64,000 bases of DNA, taken from positions 128,001-192,000 of the forward strand of contig JAUVNS010000011.1 of the NCBI GenBank assembly GCA_030599585.1, given 5' to 3'. A program made the translations under genes and the position numbers. Below, in pieces: positions 1-10,577 of the stretch (positions within the stretch are counted from its first letter, which is position 1; each line of letters opens with the position of its first letter). This DNA is from Promethearchaeota archaeon (GTDB lineage: Archaea > Asgardarchaeota > Lokiarchaeia > Sigyniarchaeales > SOKP01). The notes under the pieces are model-generated. The model saw only the letters and a program-made list of their open reading frames with translations, was not told the DNA's origin and did not search any database.

Positions 1-116
1 ACATACCAGTACGATTTTCGACCTGATTTAAGCGTTATTGGCTCATCAAAAAACCCAATCACTCTATTTTTAATAATAAAATTATAAAAATTTTTCTTTT
101 CTAGTTCCCAACTCAT
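1..116 (-). CDS. Orotate phosphoribosyltransferase-like protein, 5' part only (runs off window start)
   Basis: Not in ORF track. ATG at 116 gives MSWELEKKNFYNFIIKNRVIGFFDEPITLKSGRKSYWYV; LKSGRKS matches the PyrE N-terminal motif. Confidence 0.65.
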   Translation of the reverse strand, partial: MSWELEKKNFYNFIIKNRVIGFFDEPITLKSGRKSYWY

Positions 117-126
117 TTTATTCAAC

Positions 127-645
127 TTATTCTTTTAAAACTAAATATTCTTTCCGAGCCTTTGCGTATTCTTCTCCACTAAGATTACCAGCTAAGAACA
201 ATTTTTCTTTTTCCTGCATTATTTTTCTTTTTTCAGCTAAGTCCTTCTTTCTTTCGGCTTTCTTAAATTTATCGATTATTGAATTGCTAAGGTTTTTTAC
301 TTCCTTATTGTTCTTTTTTACTAATTTTTCTACATAGGGCTTTATTGGTTTAACCATTTCGATATTTTTTTTTGCTAATTCCTCAATTCTAACCAAAGCT
401 TTATTTACTTCTTCGATATTATCTCCATCAAGGACCTCGATTAAGCCGGGAATCGCAACATCAGTAAGGACTTCATCAAGATATTTCTCTATTTCTTTTT
501 TAAGTTTTGGATCGTTATATGATTTTAGTTGATTATTGCGGATGTATTCAATAAAAATAAGTGGCAGTTCAATTGACCATTGTTTCATCTTTTCCTTATC
601 GATGAGTTGTACAATCCCCCCATCTTTTTTATAAAAAATTTTCAA
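127..645 (-). CDS. Hypothetical protein with HEAT-like repeats and C-terminal SHOCT-like motif
   Basis: AIPGLIEVLDGDNIEEVNKALVRIEEL helical pattern; LFLAGNLSGEEYAKARKEYL; TTG start abuts the top6A stop. Confidence 0.6.
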   Translation of the reverse strand: MKIFYKKDGGIVQLIDKEKMKQWSIELPLIFIEYIRNNQLKSYNDPKLKKEIEKYLDEVLTDVAIPGLIEVLDGDNIEEVNKALVRIEELAKKNIEMVKPIKPYVEKLVKKNNKEVKNLSNSIIDKFKKAERKKDLAEKRKIMQEKEKLFLAGNLSGEEYAKARKEYLVLKE

Positions 646-1839
646 TTATATCCAATCTCCAGTTGATAGTTTTTCAGGTATATATTGATCTGTCAAAAAT
701 TCAAATCCAAAAGTCGAGAGAGCTTGAATTTCCGCTTTTACTTTTAATTTTAGAGCTAATTTTAGGTCAGTTTCCCAAGCTTTATTTTTTTTGACAAAAT
801 CTTCGTTTAACATCTCTTTAGTCCTCTTAATATCTGTTTGATTCATAGGAATTGTGCAATCGTTGGGAATTTTATATTTTTCTAAATCCCTAGTAAGTAC
901 ACCTAAGAGTTTTATATCGGGAGTTGCTAAAAAAGGTGATTCGTAACTTAAACGTTTAGATCCTCGTAAGTAAACTGAATGAATGTAATGCCCATATGGG
1001 TCGCTATCAACTAAAGTAAAAACAGGCAACTGGAGTTCCTTACTAACCCTTCTTAGGAACATACGTGTAGCAATATCCGCAGCACCCTTTGCTGTTAATA
1101 TTATACAGGGATATTTTCTCCAAAATCTAGCTTCTGATAATCTTATCATTGCCGCGTCTTTTTCTAAAACTAAAATAAATTCTGCATCTGATTCAAGTAT
1201 TTCAATATTATCAAGCATTGGACTAATCGTCCAACCTCCACTTCCTAATCCTTCCAAATCAATTATATCATTCCTATCTCTAATTCTAAGGCGTCCAATG
1301 CATGATCCTTTAGCTGAAGCTACAATATGTGTTGAATTTCTAGTCGTATATAACATTGTAGCGACATCCTCAATACATTTGTCGCTATTCTTCTGATCTC
1401 CAAATAATTGAACTGATGCGTAAAATATTTCTCTTTTTGTGGCATGCATATCCTTGAGCAATAGTTCATTGACTTTCTCAAGTACTTTCATTAATCTTGT
1501 CATGTCAGCAACACTACCGAGCGAATGGAACTGTTTTTCCATGATCTGCTGTCCTAATAGTAGTAAATCATTCTCTTCGTCCCAGATAATATTTGCACTA
1601 GTTCTCGAAGGTAATTTAATCGAGGGTCTTCCATTTTCATAAATCATGTCTATTAAAGAATCCGTTAATTTGTAGATACGTTCTAAAGTTTGTTTTCTAT
1701 TTAAATTGTCAATTTTCACTGTATTTTCCGGTAGTTTTATTTCTTTTTTCTTTTCTTCTATACCTTTTTTCAAATACTCTTGAAAAAGCTTTTTGGCTGC
1801 TTTAAGATTCCATGTTTTACTTTCAGTTTTAATTGACAT
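646..1839 (-). CDS. top6A: DNA topoisomerase VI subunit A (Spo11 homolog)
   Basis: TKREIFY catalytic Tyr motif, TOPRIM VLEKDA and DSDPYG, KAEIQAL; ATG at 1839 preferred over GTG at 1848. Confidence 0.95.
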   Translation of the reverse strand: MSIKTESKTWNLKAAKKLFQEYLKKGIEEKKKEIKLPENTVKIDNLNRKQTLERIYKLTDSLIDMIYENGRPSIKLPSRTSANIIWDEENDLLLLGQQIMEKQFHSLGSVADMTRLMKVLEKVNELLLKDMHATKREIFYASVQLFGDQKNSDKCIEDVATMLYTTRNSTHIVASAKGSCIGRLRIRDRNDIIDLEGLGSGGWTISPMLDNIEILESDAEFILVLEKDAAMIRLSEARFWRKYPCIILTAKGAADIATRMFLRRVSKELQLPVFTLVDSDPYGHYIHSVYLRGSKRLSYESPFLATPDIKLLGVLTRDLEKYKIPNDCTIPMNQTDIKRTKEMLNEDFVKKNKAWETDLKLALKLKVKAEIQALSTFGFEFLTDQYIPEKLSTGDWI

Positions 1840-1849
1840 TATTATCACG

Positions 1850-4800
1850 CTATTTAGATTTCCAATGTTTTTTTCCCTTCTTGGTTTCTACCATTACCAA
1901 TCCCTTGCGCTCTAATTCCTTCAGTTTTATCTGTAAAAAACGAGCATCCATCATATCTTTTATTTTCATTTTAAATATTAAAGCTGTTATTGCTTGCCAA
2001 TCTTCAGATAATGCGTCTATTATTTTCTCTGTAGTAATTATTGGCAATTGAGTTTGAGTTAGCGCGGGTTTAGGCTGTTGAGCAGTAATTACTGGTTCTT
2101 TTTTAACCGGTTGTTGATGAATTATTTCACCCTTGGCAATTTGTAATTGTTTTCTTTTTTTGGCTATGGTTCCCGGTGGAACTGGTTCGATTTTTAATGG
2201 TGCCTTTGCTATTTTGTCCAAGGGTATCCTTTTTTCTGGTTTTCCTTTATCATAAAATTCTTGAATAAATTTAATAATTTCTGATTTTCGAGCTTTAGAT
2301 GGTAGAGAAATGTTCTTTTCCATACAATATTCTTTTAGTTGATTGATAGTCCAGTTAAGAAGAGTTCTTACACTAAGAAGCTCATCACTAGGTTTAATTT
2401 TTTCAGGAATGCTCTTTTCCTGAACACCCGTGTCTTCCCATTGAATCTCAACTTTTTTAGGTTCTAATTCAATAGGCTCTATCTTTTCAGGTTCGGATGG
2501 TTTCTTTTCTTTAATTTTAGGAGGCACTTTTACTCCAATTGCATTTCTCATCAAGTCTTCCAATTCCTTTTCTGAAATTTTCCCCTTATATTTTCCTTCT
2601 CCTTGTGATACGATATTATAGGCACTTTGAACGAATATTGGGATATATTTCTCAATTAAACCAGCTCTTTTCTCGCTCTTTCGAATATTCGCTCTACGAT
2701 TAAGATATACCCTCAAACGTCTTCCTATGGCCTCAAGACAAAATTTAATCTCTTTAAGTAAATCTTCGTCTTCAGCTAATGCGTTTTTCGATTGAGATTT
2801 AAACATCAAATGGACATAAGGCCCTGAAATATTTACGAGAAGTTTAATTGGACCTTTTGGTAGATTATTATCATACACATCTAATTTATAATTTTTCCAA
2901 TTCACAGATTGAACTGCTTTAGTGATAGCACAATCGGCACTATCTCTTAACTTAGGAGTTCTATTAACGAATCTTGAGAGAACATCCCTGGAACGTTTGG
3001 GAGTTTCAAGTTTCTTCGAATCGTTACAATACGCCAATGCAGCTTCAACAACATATGCTAATCCTTTGCCCGAAGTAGGTGGTCTTGTTTCTGCGCTTAC
3101 AAAATCATCATCTTTAGTGTAAATTTCGGTGAAGAAATCAAAAACATCGCGATAAGAATCTTTCTGAACTTCTGTAACAGAATTTAATTTTTTTTCAATT
3201 GTTCTCTGAAATTCTTCTGGTTCTAAATACTGGTCTTTAATATCAATACTAACGAGAATTCTGGAGTTGAAATTTTTAACATCTTCAGGTGTTAGTATAG
3301 TATCTTTTATTTTATTTTCGATGTGTTGTTGTTTGTCTTGATCTCTCTTCAATTCTTCTTGAAGAATATCATAAGACATTTTTACATTTTCAATAGGGGC
3401 ATCAAAATCATCAATATTCTCCGAGATTTTAAGTCCAATTTCTTTAATCAGCGTATTTTCTAATACAATATCTCCAACTGGAATCGCTGTATCTGTTGGT
3501 GGTGACATATATTTGATAGATTTAAAGGCGTGGAAAAGTGAGTTAAATTGGTCGTTAGTTAAATCAGAGGGTTTTACTTTTGAAATTTGAACTTCGTTGA
3601 TTAAATCTTCCAGTTCTGCACGATTATTTAATTTTTTAACCTCTATTAAGCCAGTATTATCTTTAAAAATCTTTTCTAAATCATTTTTAATTTTTTCTCT
3701 TTCTTGGAAAATTCTATCTACATCTTTTAGTAGATTACTAACTTCTTTTTCAATTTTTTTTATGTCTTTTTTTGTCTCGGATTTATCAATACGATTGCGG
3801 TGTTTTTTTATTTCTCTATATATTTTTTCTAAATCTTTATCAAAATTGTTATTTTTATCCATAGATTCCCAGTATTTAATCTTCAATTCTTCTGAATTAA
3901 TATTGTAGATAATCAATTTATCGCGCGGTTTTGTTGAACGTCCGTAAACCCTAGTTTCATACTTAAATAAGTATATTAAATCACTTCTCTTCACTAATTT
4001 GTTTATGAATCCATTTTTAAGTATCATTAGAGATAGTTTATCTTCTAAGTTTCTTTCTGCAATTTTCAAAATCTCTTTTGCTGTTTTTGAACTCAATCTC
4101 ACGAAATTATCCTGTAGAAAAGCGGATATCGTAAAATTTTCTGATTTTGTTAAGAGATCTTGTAAATCACCAATATTAGTTGATGATGGGTGAGGTTTAG
4201 CATATTTTGGTTGTTTTGGGAAACTTGAGACTAATCGTCTGTAAATCCATTCTTTTCCATATGGATCTATAAAAATAAGAGTTATGTGGGGATTCAATAA
4301 AGCGGTTTCTTTAATGTAGGTATCTACGAAACCACGAGTGTATTTTACATTTAAATAGTTCAATTTTATATATGTCCCATGTAAGAACGGGCTACTACAG
4401 TCTGTAGGACGAACTAAATATTTCTTTTCATTTTTAGAGGTTGTAAAAAATTCTGAAACAGTAGCATATATAGTATTTTTTGACTTTGATACTGCTACTA
4501 TTGGTTTCCCAGTTGTATTTTGGGCATCGCTAAATGCACTCGGGGCACCGAAACCCTGACTTCCACGGGTTTGCTTCAATTCAAGGCTTTTTGAAGAAGC
4601 TAGATACTTACCAAATTTCCGCATATCTCCTTTGTGCATGCCAATACCATTATCAAAAATTTCGAATGTATAACTCATAACATTTTTCTGGGATAATTCA
4701 GAAGTTAAAAAGGTAGCAGCTTCAGATTCTCTCAAGCGAATAATAACAATTGGTTCAAGATCTACAATGGGCTCTACAGGTTTTATGATTTCGTTCATAT

Positions 4801-5239
4801 CTTCAATTATTCTTTTTACTTCTTCTTCTACTTCGAGCTCTTCTTTATCGGCGATTTCTCCAGATTCGTCTTCCATATCGTTGATTGGATCTATTTCAGT
4901 GTTAGATGTTTCTGTAGGTGCGTGTCCGATTTCTTGCATTAGAGCAAATTTTGCTTCATTTGATAGAGGCTGATCAATTTCATCTTTTTTCGCTTCTTGA
5001 AGAATTGATAAATTTTCCAAAGTTAATTCTTGATCTAGAGAAAATTGAGTTCGTGAATCACCCTCTTTTAACTCCTTCCACTGAAATTCTTCAATAGCAT
5101 CTAACGCGTTATCTAGAAATTCAGAGGCGTATTGCTGATGTTTCCAATAACCAAACTCAAAACCCACTAATTGAGTCCGCTTTCTCATAAATTGTGCTAT
5201 CGTCCCTTGCTTTATCCTGCCTTCTTCATCAGAGGAAAT
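1850..5239 (-). CDS. top6B: DNA topoisomerase VI subunit B, greatly expanded
   Basis: GHKL motifs EFLDNALDA, DNGIGM, QTRGSQGFG; PHP; RFVNRTP; FKSQSK. Conserved N-terminus KQGTIAQF lies upstream of the track ATG (5188), so the start is placed at ATT 5239 behind a GGTG RBS. Confidence 0.92.
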   Translation of the reverse strand: MSSDEEGRIKQGTIAQFMRKRTQLVGFEFGYWKHQQYASEFLDNALDAIEEFQWKELKEGDSRTQFSLDQELTLENLSILQEAKKDEIDQPLSNEAKFALMQEIGHAPTETSNTEIDPINDMEDESGEIADKEELEVEEEVKRIIEDMNEIIKPVEPIVDLEPIVIIRLRESEAATFLTSELSQKNVMSYTFEIFDNGIGMHKGDMRKFGKYLASSKSLELKQTRGSQGFGAPSAFSDAQNTTGKPIVAVSKSKNTIYATVSEFFTTSKNEKKYLVRPTDCSSPFLHGTYIKLNYLNVKYTRGFVDTYIKETALLNPHITLIFIDPYGKEWIYRRLVSSFPKQPKYAKPHPSSTNIGDLQDLLTKSENFTISAFLQDNFVRLSSKTAKEILKIAERNLEDKLSLMILKNGFINKLVKRSDLIYLFKYETRVYGRSTKPRDKLIIYNINSEELKIKYWESMDKNNNFDKDLEKIYREIKKHRNRIDKSETKKDIKKIEKEVSNLLKDVDRIFQEREKIKNDLEKIFKDNTGLIEVKKLNNRAELEDLINEVQISKVKPSDLTNDQFNSLFHAFKSIKYMSPPTDTAIPVGDIVLENTLIKEIGLKISENIDDFDAPIENVKMSYDILQEELKRDQDKQQHIENKIKDTILTPEDVKNFNSRILVSIDIKDQYLEPEEFQRTIEKKLNSVTEVQKDSYRDVFDFFTEIYTKDDDFVSAETRPPTSGKGLAYVVEAALAYCNDSKKLETPKRSRDVLSRFVNRTPKLRDSADCAITKAVQSVNWKNYKLDVYDNNLPKGPIKLLVNISGPYVHLMFKSQSKNALAEDEDLLKEIKFCLEAIGRRLRVYLNRRANIRKSEKRAGLIEKYIPIFVQSAYNIVSQGEGKYKGKISEKELEDLMRNAIGVKVPPKIKEKKPSEPEKIEPIELEPKKVEIQWEDTGVQEKSIPEKIKPSDELLSVRTLLNWTINQLKEYCMEKNISLPSKARKSEIIKFIQEFYDKGKPEKRIPLDKIAKAPLKIEPVPPGTIAKKRKQLQIAKGEIIHQQPVKKEPVITAQQPKPALTQTQLPIITTEKIIDALSEDWQAITALIFKMKIKDMMDARFLQIKLKELERKGLVMVETKKGKKHWKSK

Positions 5240-5464
5240 TTTAATTACACCAATCTGTTTTTTATCATTAAAACTCGATTATCAAATATTTACATAAAAG
5301 ATTTTATAAGTATTATAATTAATATTGCACGAAAAATCTAATACTTACGCAAATCAATCAATTTTACAAATTGTATTTGGTCAATCATTTTGAACAGAAA
5401 TTGAATTACTATTTAAATCTTTTCTTCTTAAACGACAAAAAATTTTAAAGAGTAGTAGAGGTTT

Positions 5465-6742
5465 TTAATTTTCTCTTGATCGGTAATTATCTAAAGCAAC
5501 ATCAATGATTTTTGATGCTACATATCTTTTAGTATGCTTTTCGATATGAGTTATGTGCTTTTCTTTGTTAATTATGTATACTTCATTATCTTTGCTATTG
5601 AAACCTATGTCTTCGCGACCTACATCGTTAGCAACTATAAGATCTGCTTCGGATTTTAAAAGTCTGTTATAAGCACGATCAATTAATTCTGTTCTTGAAA
5701 CATTTATTTCTGCTTTAAAAGCAATTATGAAAAGTTTGTAGTCTTTCCGTCGTGCTACCTTCAATATTTTAGGCGTTAGATGCATGGTAACGTTCAGTTT
5801 TTCTACACTATCTGAAGAAATTTTACCTTCAATGAAATCTACTGGCTTATAATCCGATACCGCTGCTGCAGATATAAACATATCGTAATTTGAGTACGAA
5901 AGTTCGTCTTTTATTTTTTTAGTGAAATCTTCAGCAGATTCCACATGAATGGTATTAATGTAGTCAGGTATTTTTACCATGCATTCACCTGCAACTAGCA
6001 ATACATCAGCCCCTCTAGCAGATGCCTCCTTAGCAAGTTCGATACCCATTCTTCCCGATGATTTATTAGATAAATATCGGATTGAATCAATAGCTTCGCG
6101 ACTAGGACCGGCTGTGATTAAAACTTTTTTACCTTCAAGGTCTCTTGTGGTAATCAAAAGGTCTATTACTTTATCAATTATATCATCCACTTTTGCAATT
6201 TTAGCCTTTCCTTCAGATAATCGTGGACCTAATACATTTATACCACATTCTTTCAATCTAGCGATATTTCTCTCAATAATAGGATGAAACATACTGGCAT
6301 GCATAGCTGGAACTATTACAATTGGTATAGTTGATCCAAATGCGGTTGAAATTACTGTGGTAACTGGTGTATCGTCAATTCCATTTGCGATTTTAGAAAT
6401 AGTATTTGCTGTAGCTGGTGAAACTAAGATTATATCTGCTTTTCCGAAATGATTAGGCCTATCACCTGCTAAAAATACATGTTCAACTGCTCCAGTTAAC
6501 TTAGTTATGACGGGATTTCCCGTTGCCCAATGCATTAAAGAAGGATTAATTAATTCAGTAGCAGCTTTTGACATTATAACAATTACTTCAGCACCTAAAC
6601 GCATTAACTCTCGGGCAATTACGGGGGAATTAATACATGCTACTGAGCCAGTTAAACACATACATACAGTTTTTCCTTTTAATATTGTTCCCTTGCTTTC
6701 GATAATATCTTTTGAGGGGTGTTTCATGAATTCGTTTACCAT
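5465..6742 (-). CDS. coaBC: Bifunctional phosphopantothenoylcysteine decarboxylase/ligase
   Basis: LTGSVA, PATANTISK, PAMH, ITAGPSRE, SNKSSGRMG, AAAVSDY, FKAE, VANDV. Confidence 0.95.
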   Translation of the reverse strand: MVNEFMKHPSKDIIESKGTILKGKTVCMCLTGSVACINSPVIARELMRLGAEVIVIMSKAATELINPSLMHWATGNPVITKLTGAVEHVFLAGDRPNHFGKADIILVSPATANTISKIANGIDDTPVTTVISTAFGSTIPIVIVPAMHASMFHPIIERNIARLKECGINVLGPRLSEGKAKIAKVDDIIDKVIDLLITTRDLEGKKVLITAGPSREAIDSIRYLSNKSSGRMGIELAKEASARGADVLLVAGECMVKIPDYINTIHVESAEDFTKKIKDELSYSNYDMFISAAAVSDYKPVDFIEGKISSDSVEKLNVTMHLTPKILKVARRKDYKLFIIAFKAEINVSRTELIDRAYNRLLKSEADLIVANDVGREDIGFNSKDNEVYIINKEKHITHIEKHTKRYVASKIIDVALDNYRSREN

Positions 6743-7009
6743 GGTTCTGCGATTATTATTAAATTATACTATTATAAAAAAATATGTTTAATATAAAAAT
6801 ATTGTATTTCATTGACTCTCTTTGGAAAATGAGAGAAATTTTTATCGATTAAGATGTCTGGTAGAAGAGTTTTTAGTTATTTTAAATTCGATTACCAGTT
6901 TTTAGCTCCAAGAATCTATTATTTATCGCCTTTCAAAAAACTAAACGTGGAAATTAAATATTTTAATTAATATTCATCTCTAATACCTTTACATAATATT
7001 CTGAGTTTT

Positions 7010-8215
7010 ATGGACAAAATATGCGACCTTCATATTCATAGTCGATATTCTGGAGGAACTAGCAATCAAATAAATATACGAAAAATAGCACAAAATTGTA
7101 GATTAAAAGGAATTGATATTGTTGGAACGGGAGATTGTTTCCACCCCCTATGGTTAAAGGAGATAAATCTAAATTTAGAAGAAGATTCAGTCGGTTTGTT
7201 GACTTTTCCAAGGATACCTCAGGTTAAGTTCGTTCTACAATCAGAAGTCGAATTGTTATGGAAACATAATTCTAACATTAAAAAAGCGCATTTTATCATA
7301 TTACTTCCAAATTCTGATAAGTTAAAAGATGTTTCAGAGTTCTTAGCTAGTTTCGGCAACTTAAATATAGATGGAAGACCCGTACTAAAGATTTCACCCG
7401 AAAAATTCATTGTTAGCATGAATTCTTTTGACAAGATGATTGAAGTCATCCCAGCACATATATTTACTCCATTTTATGGTATTCTGGGAAATAATTTACA
7501 ATTTAAATCGTTAAAGGAAGCATTAGGTGAAGGATTTAAATTCGTACACGCTGTAGAGACAGGGCTAAGCGCTGATCCTACCATGATAAGATGTATTTTT
7601 GAATTAAATAACCTTTCTATAATATCAAATTCTGATAGTCACTCACTACATTTTCATAGATTAGGAAGAGAAGCGACAGTTTTAGATTTACATAGGGAAA
7701 CTTATCGAGATATCATTAAATCAATTAGAGAAAACAGAATCATAAAAACTTACGAATTCAACCCATCAGAAGGAAAATATTATTACGACGGTCACCGTTC
7801 TACACGTCATTCTTCGGCTAATTCGTATTTTTGCAGTCCTAAACGAAATACTATTTATTGCCCTATATGTAGGGACACTCTGACGAAAGGAGTTTTATCG
7901 AGAGTTTATGAATTAAAAGACTCAGAAATGCCAATAAATGAAAATTTTCAATACATTATTCCACTACTACATTTAATATCGATTATTTATGGAGGATCTG
8001 AATATGATAATAAAAATAAATCTTTATATCGAGAAATTGTTAAATCTACCAATGGTGAATATAACATTTGGGAAAATAACACCGATTTTGACCCAATTCC
8101 TAATGAATTACGTGAAGCTATTAATAAAATAAAATTGGGAAATTATTGGTTTATCCCTGGTTACGATGGTGTGTATGGGAAATTACAGTTAGGACAAAAT
8201 TTTAACCACATTTAG
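7010..8215 (+). CDS. PHP-fold endonuclease Q family DNA repair nuclease
   Basis: DLHIHSRYS, VGTGD, PAHIFTP, ETGLSAD, SNSDSHS, RLGRE, GKYYYDGHR, CPIC..LTKGVLSRV, PGYDGVYG. Confidence 0.85.
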   Translation: MDKICDLHIHSRYSGGTSNQINIRKIAQNCRLKGIDIVGTGDCFHPLWLKEINLNLEEDSVGLLTFPRIPQVKFVLQSEVELLWKHNSNIKKAHFIILLPNSDKLKDVSEFLASFGNLNIDGRPVLKISPEKFIVSMNSFDKMIEVIPAHIFTPFYGILGNNLQFKSLKEALGEGFKFVHAVETGLSADPTMIRCIFELNNLSIISNSDSHSLHFHRLGREATVLDLHRETYRDIIKSIRENRIIKTYEFNPSEGKYYYDGHRSTRHSSANSYFCSPKRNTIYCPICRDTLTKGVLSRVYELKDSEMPINENFQYIIPLLHLISIIYGGSEYDNKNKSLYREIVKSTNGEYNIWENNTDFDPIPNELREAINKIKLGNYWFIPGYDGVYGKLQLGQNFNHI

Positions 8216-10573
8216 CTTTAAATTTAATTTATTAGCGTAATTTATAATTTTGTTAAAATTTTCTTGGTTAATAGCAGATTTCGTTTCTATTTTTAATATT
8301 TCCAATAATTGGCTCCCATAATAGGTTTTCATTAACTCAGAAATCTGAAACGATAACTTACCATCCTGAGTATCACGATAAACTTTTGATCGTTCAAATT
8401 CTTCATTTCTAATCTTTAGAATTTCATTCGAGTACTTAACAAAGGGGGTGTGTCGCATTTTTTTAAGATTGAATACCGCGGTTGCTCCGATTTCTCTTAA
8501 CTTAAGGATTTCTTTTATAATCGAATGTATTTTTTTCATTAGTTTTTTTCTAAATTCATGTAGGTCACTCTCTTCGATGAGTAACTCGTGAAATATCTCA
8601 GGATAAGGTAAATCTAATCCTGATAGTTCAGTCGTTAAATTTAATAAGATTATAAATTGATTTGCATTTTCTCTCGGGTGTTTTTTTAAAATGTCGTAGA
8701 TGTATCCTTTTTCTGTATTAATGAAGCGAAATAGGAATTTTCTAAAAGCTTTCGTGAACTTTCCGTAATTCGGTATAAACGACCGATTGGTATTATTTAA
8801 AACTTTCTCATATGCTTCGAAGGGACTAATTTTTTTCTCGAGAACAGATGAAACTAAAGACAACGGGTAATAACCTTCGATAAAGCTCATTCCCTTTTCT
8901 ATGCTGCTTACAGCATCTTTGAAAGAACATTTTGTTATAATGTTTATCGTTCTAACTATATTTGTTCTGACAATATTTCCCTCGATTTTTATAGGATTTT
9001 TCTGACAGAAACATAAGTCAAATGGTTTTATATCGTGAAAAAGAACCGTGTTTTGATCAGGTATAACTATTCGCGCACCGTAAGCATTGACTAAACTACC
9101 TTGACTTGGTTTACTCGCTAAATCCCATTCAATTATTGTGAGATCATCTATACTCGAGTATTTTTGATCGACATCATAATTATATTCCGTAGGTTTACTT
9201 AACAATGAAAAAACATCAACAGCATTAATTTCGTATTTATTTTCTTCACCCCAAAACTTTGTTTTATAGTAGAGAATATCGTGATAATTATGTAAATCGT
9301 CTAGAAATAATTCTTTAAATATTAAGTAATTTAAACCTATTTCTGAAGGTTTAATTATGGATTTATTTACACCGTAGAACCCTAAGTGGTTTATCACATA
9401 ATTATAAGCGGGATTTTTAAGGTTTTCTTTATCGTGATTAACTTCATAAGCATTACGCTTTTTCCGAAAATCTATTTTTGTTTTTTTGATGTTATATTTC
9501 TCCTTAAAATACCTCAAAAAAGCAAATTTCTTTAAATAGACTTTTTTTTCTAATTCTTTTGTTTCATTTTTATAGGTTTTGTATTCTTCGTAATATAGTT
9601 TTTTCGGAATTTCGAATACATCGAATTGTCTTCTCATTAACTTTAATGTGTCTAATACAATAAAGTTATCAATTTCCTCTAAGAAATATTTCAACAGTTT
9701 GTATTTAAAAGCTTCGTAATCTTCTGATGTAATAATATCTTTAAATACCGGATTAAACTCAACTAGAATTTTGTATTTTTTCTTAATAAAATAGAATGAA
9801 AAATATTTCTCGTTGAATTGGTTGGAGTTTGCCATCTTAATTAAGATAGAAATTAAAGAAACGACAAATGACTCTTTTTTAAATTCGTAATAATCTAAAA
9901 TTTTGTCAATAAATTCAATAATTCGAAGTAGATCATAAAAAGTATATATCGAAACTGATTTTAGAAACGATCTGAAGCCATCTTCGATAATAGTATCATA
10001 AGCGTTAAGATATAATCCTAAATCGCTGCTATAGGCTGATTGGAGAAATTCAAAAAGTTCTAAGTAGAGATTGTTTTTTATAGCGGTCTTTAAATATTTT
10101 TCAATTATAGGCTCACAATCCTTGTTTTTGAATATGGCTTTATTGAGATAATTCAAACCTTCGATACAATTATTATTTTCAATGGAAGTATTAGCTAGTT
10201 CTAAATAATTTTTACTTTTTTTCTTAGAGCTATAGTCTTCAGATGTAAAGTTGAAATTATTAATATTATTTAAGATGTTTTTTGAAATTGATGGTTCTAC
10301 CATCAATAGAAGAGTAAGTAAGTGAGGACACGCCTTTTTATCAATATCCAGCCCCGAAAAAAAGACATCACAATCATGAAAGATTTCATTTCTCCTCTCA
10401 TCGATAATGAGATGATACTCGCGTTCCTCATCAAAAATGATTGCTCTTATCTCTATCGGATTTTCTTTCAACGAGATTATGTTAATTTTATTTATTGGAA
10501 ACTTAACTGATTCTTCATATTTTTCTGCTCCGAATCTTTCAGATATTATTTCAGATATTAATTTCTTAGTCAT
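8189..10573 (-). CDS. Large helical protein with N-terminal SWIM-like Zn finger
   Basis: FHDC..(12)..ACPHLLTLL SWIM-like motif followed by TPR-like helices; ATG at 10573, 4 nt after the vWA stop, is more plausible than 10624. Confidence 0.65.
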   Translation of the reverse strand: MTKKLISEIISERFGAEKYEESVKFPINKINIISLKENPIEIRAIIFDEEREYHLIIDERRNEIFHDCDVFFSGLDIDKKACPHLLTLLLMVEPSISKNILNNINNFNFTSEDYSSKKKSKNYLELANTSIENNNCIEGLNYLNKAIFKNKDCEPIIEKYLKTAIKNNLYLELFEFLQSAYSSDLGLYLNAYDTIIEDGFRSFLKSVSIYTFYDLLRIIEFIDKILDYYEFKKESFVVSLISILIKMANSNQFNEKYFSFYFIKKKYKILVEFNPVFKDIITSEDYEAFKYKLLKYFLEEIDNFIVLDTLKLMRRQFDVFEIPKKLYYEEYKTYKNETKELEKKVYLKKFAFLRYFKEKYNIKKTKIDFRKKRNAYEVNHDKENLKNPAYNYVINHLGFYGVNKSIIKPSEIGLNYLIFKELFLDDLHNYHDILYYKTKFWGEENKYEINAVDVFSLLSKPTEYNYDVDQKYSSIDDLTIIEWDLASKPSQGSLVNAYGARIVIPDQNTVLFHDIKPFDLCFCQKNPIKIEGNIVRTNIVRTINIITKCSFKDAVSSIEKGMSFIEGYYPLSLVSSVLEKKISPFEAYEKVLNNTNRSFIPNYGKFTKAFRKFLFRFINTEKGYIYDILKKHPRENANQFIILLNLTTELSGLDLPYPEIFHELLIEESDLHEFRKKLMKKIHSIIKEILKLREIGATAVFNLKKMRHTPFVKYSNEILKIRNEEFERSKVYRDTQDGKLSFQISELMKTYYGSQLLEILKIETKSAINQENFNKIINYANKLNLKLNVVKILS

Positions 10574-10577
10574 GGTT

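Noticed and set aside
1850-5239. Inteins as the cause of Top6B (or SMC) length
   Set aside because: No C/S...HN-C/S/T splice junctions or LAGLIDADG motifs at the insert edges.
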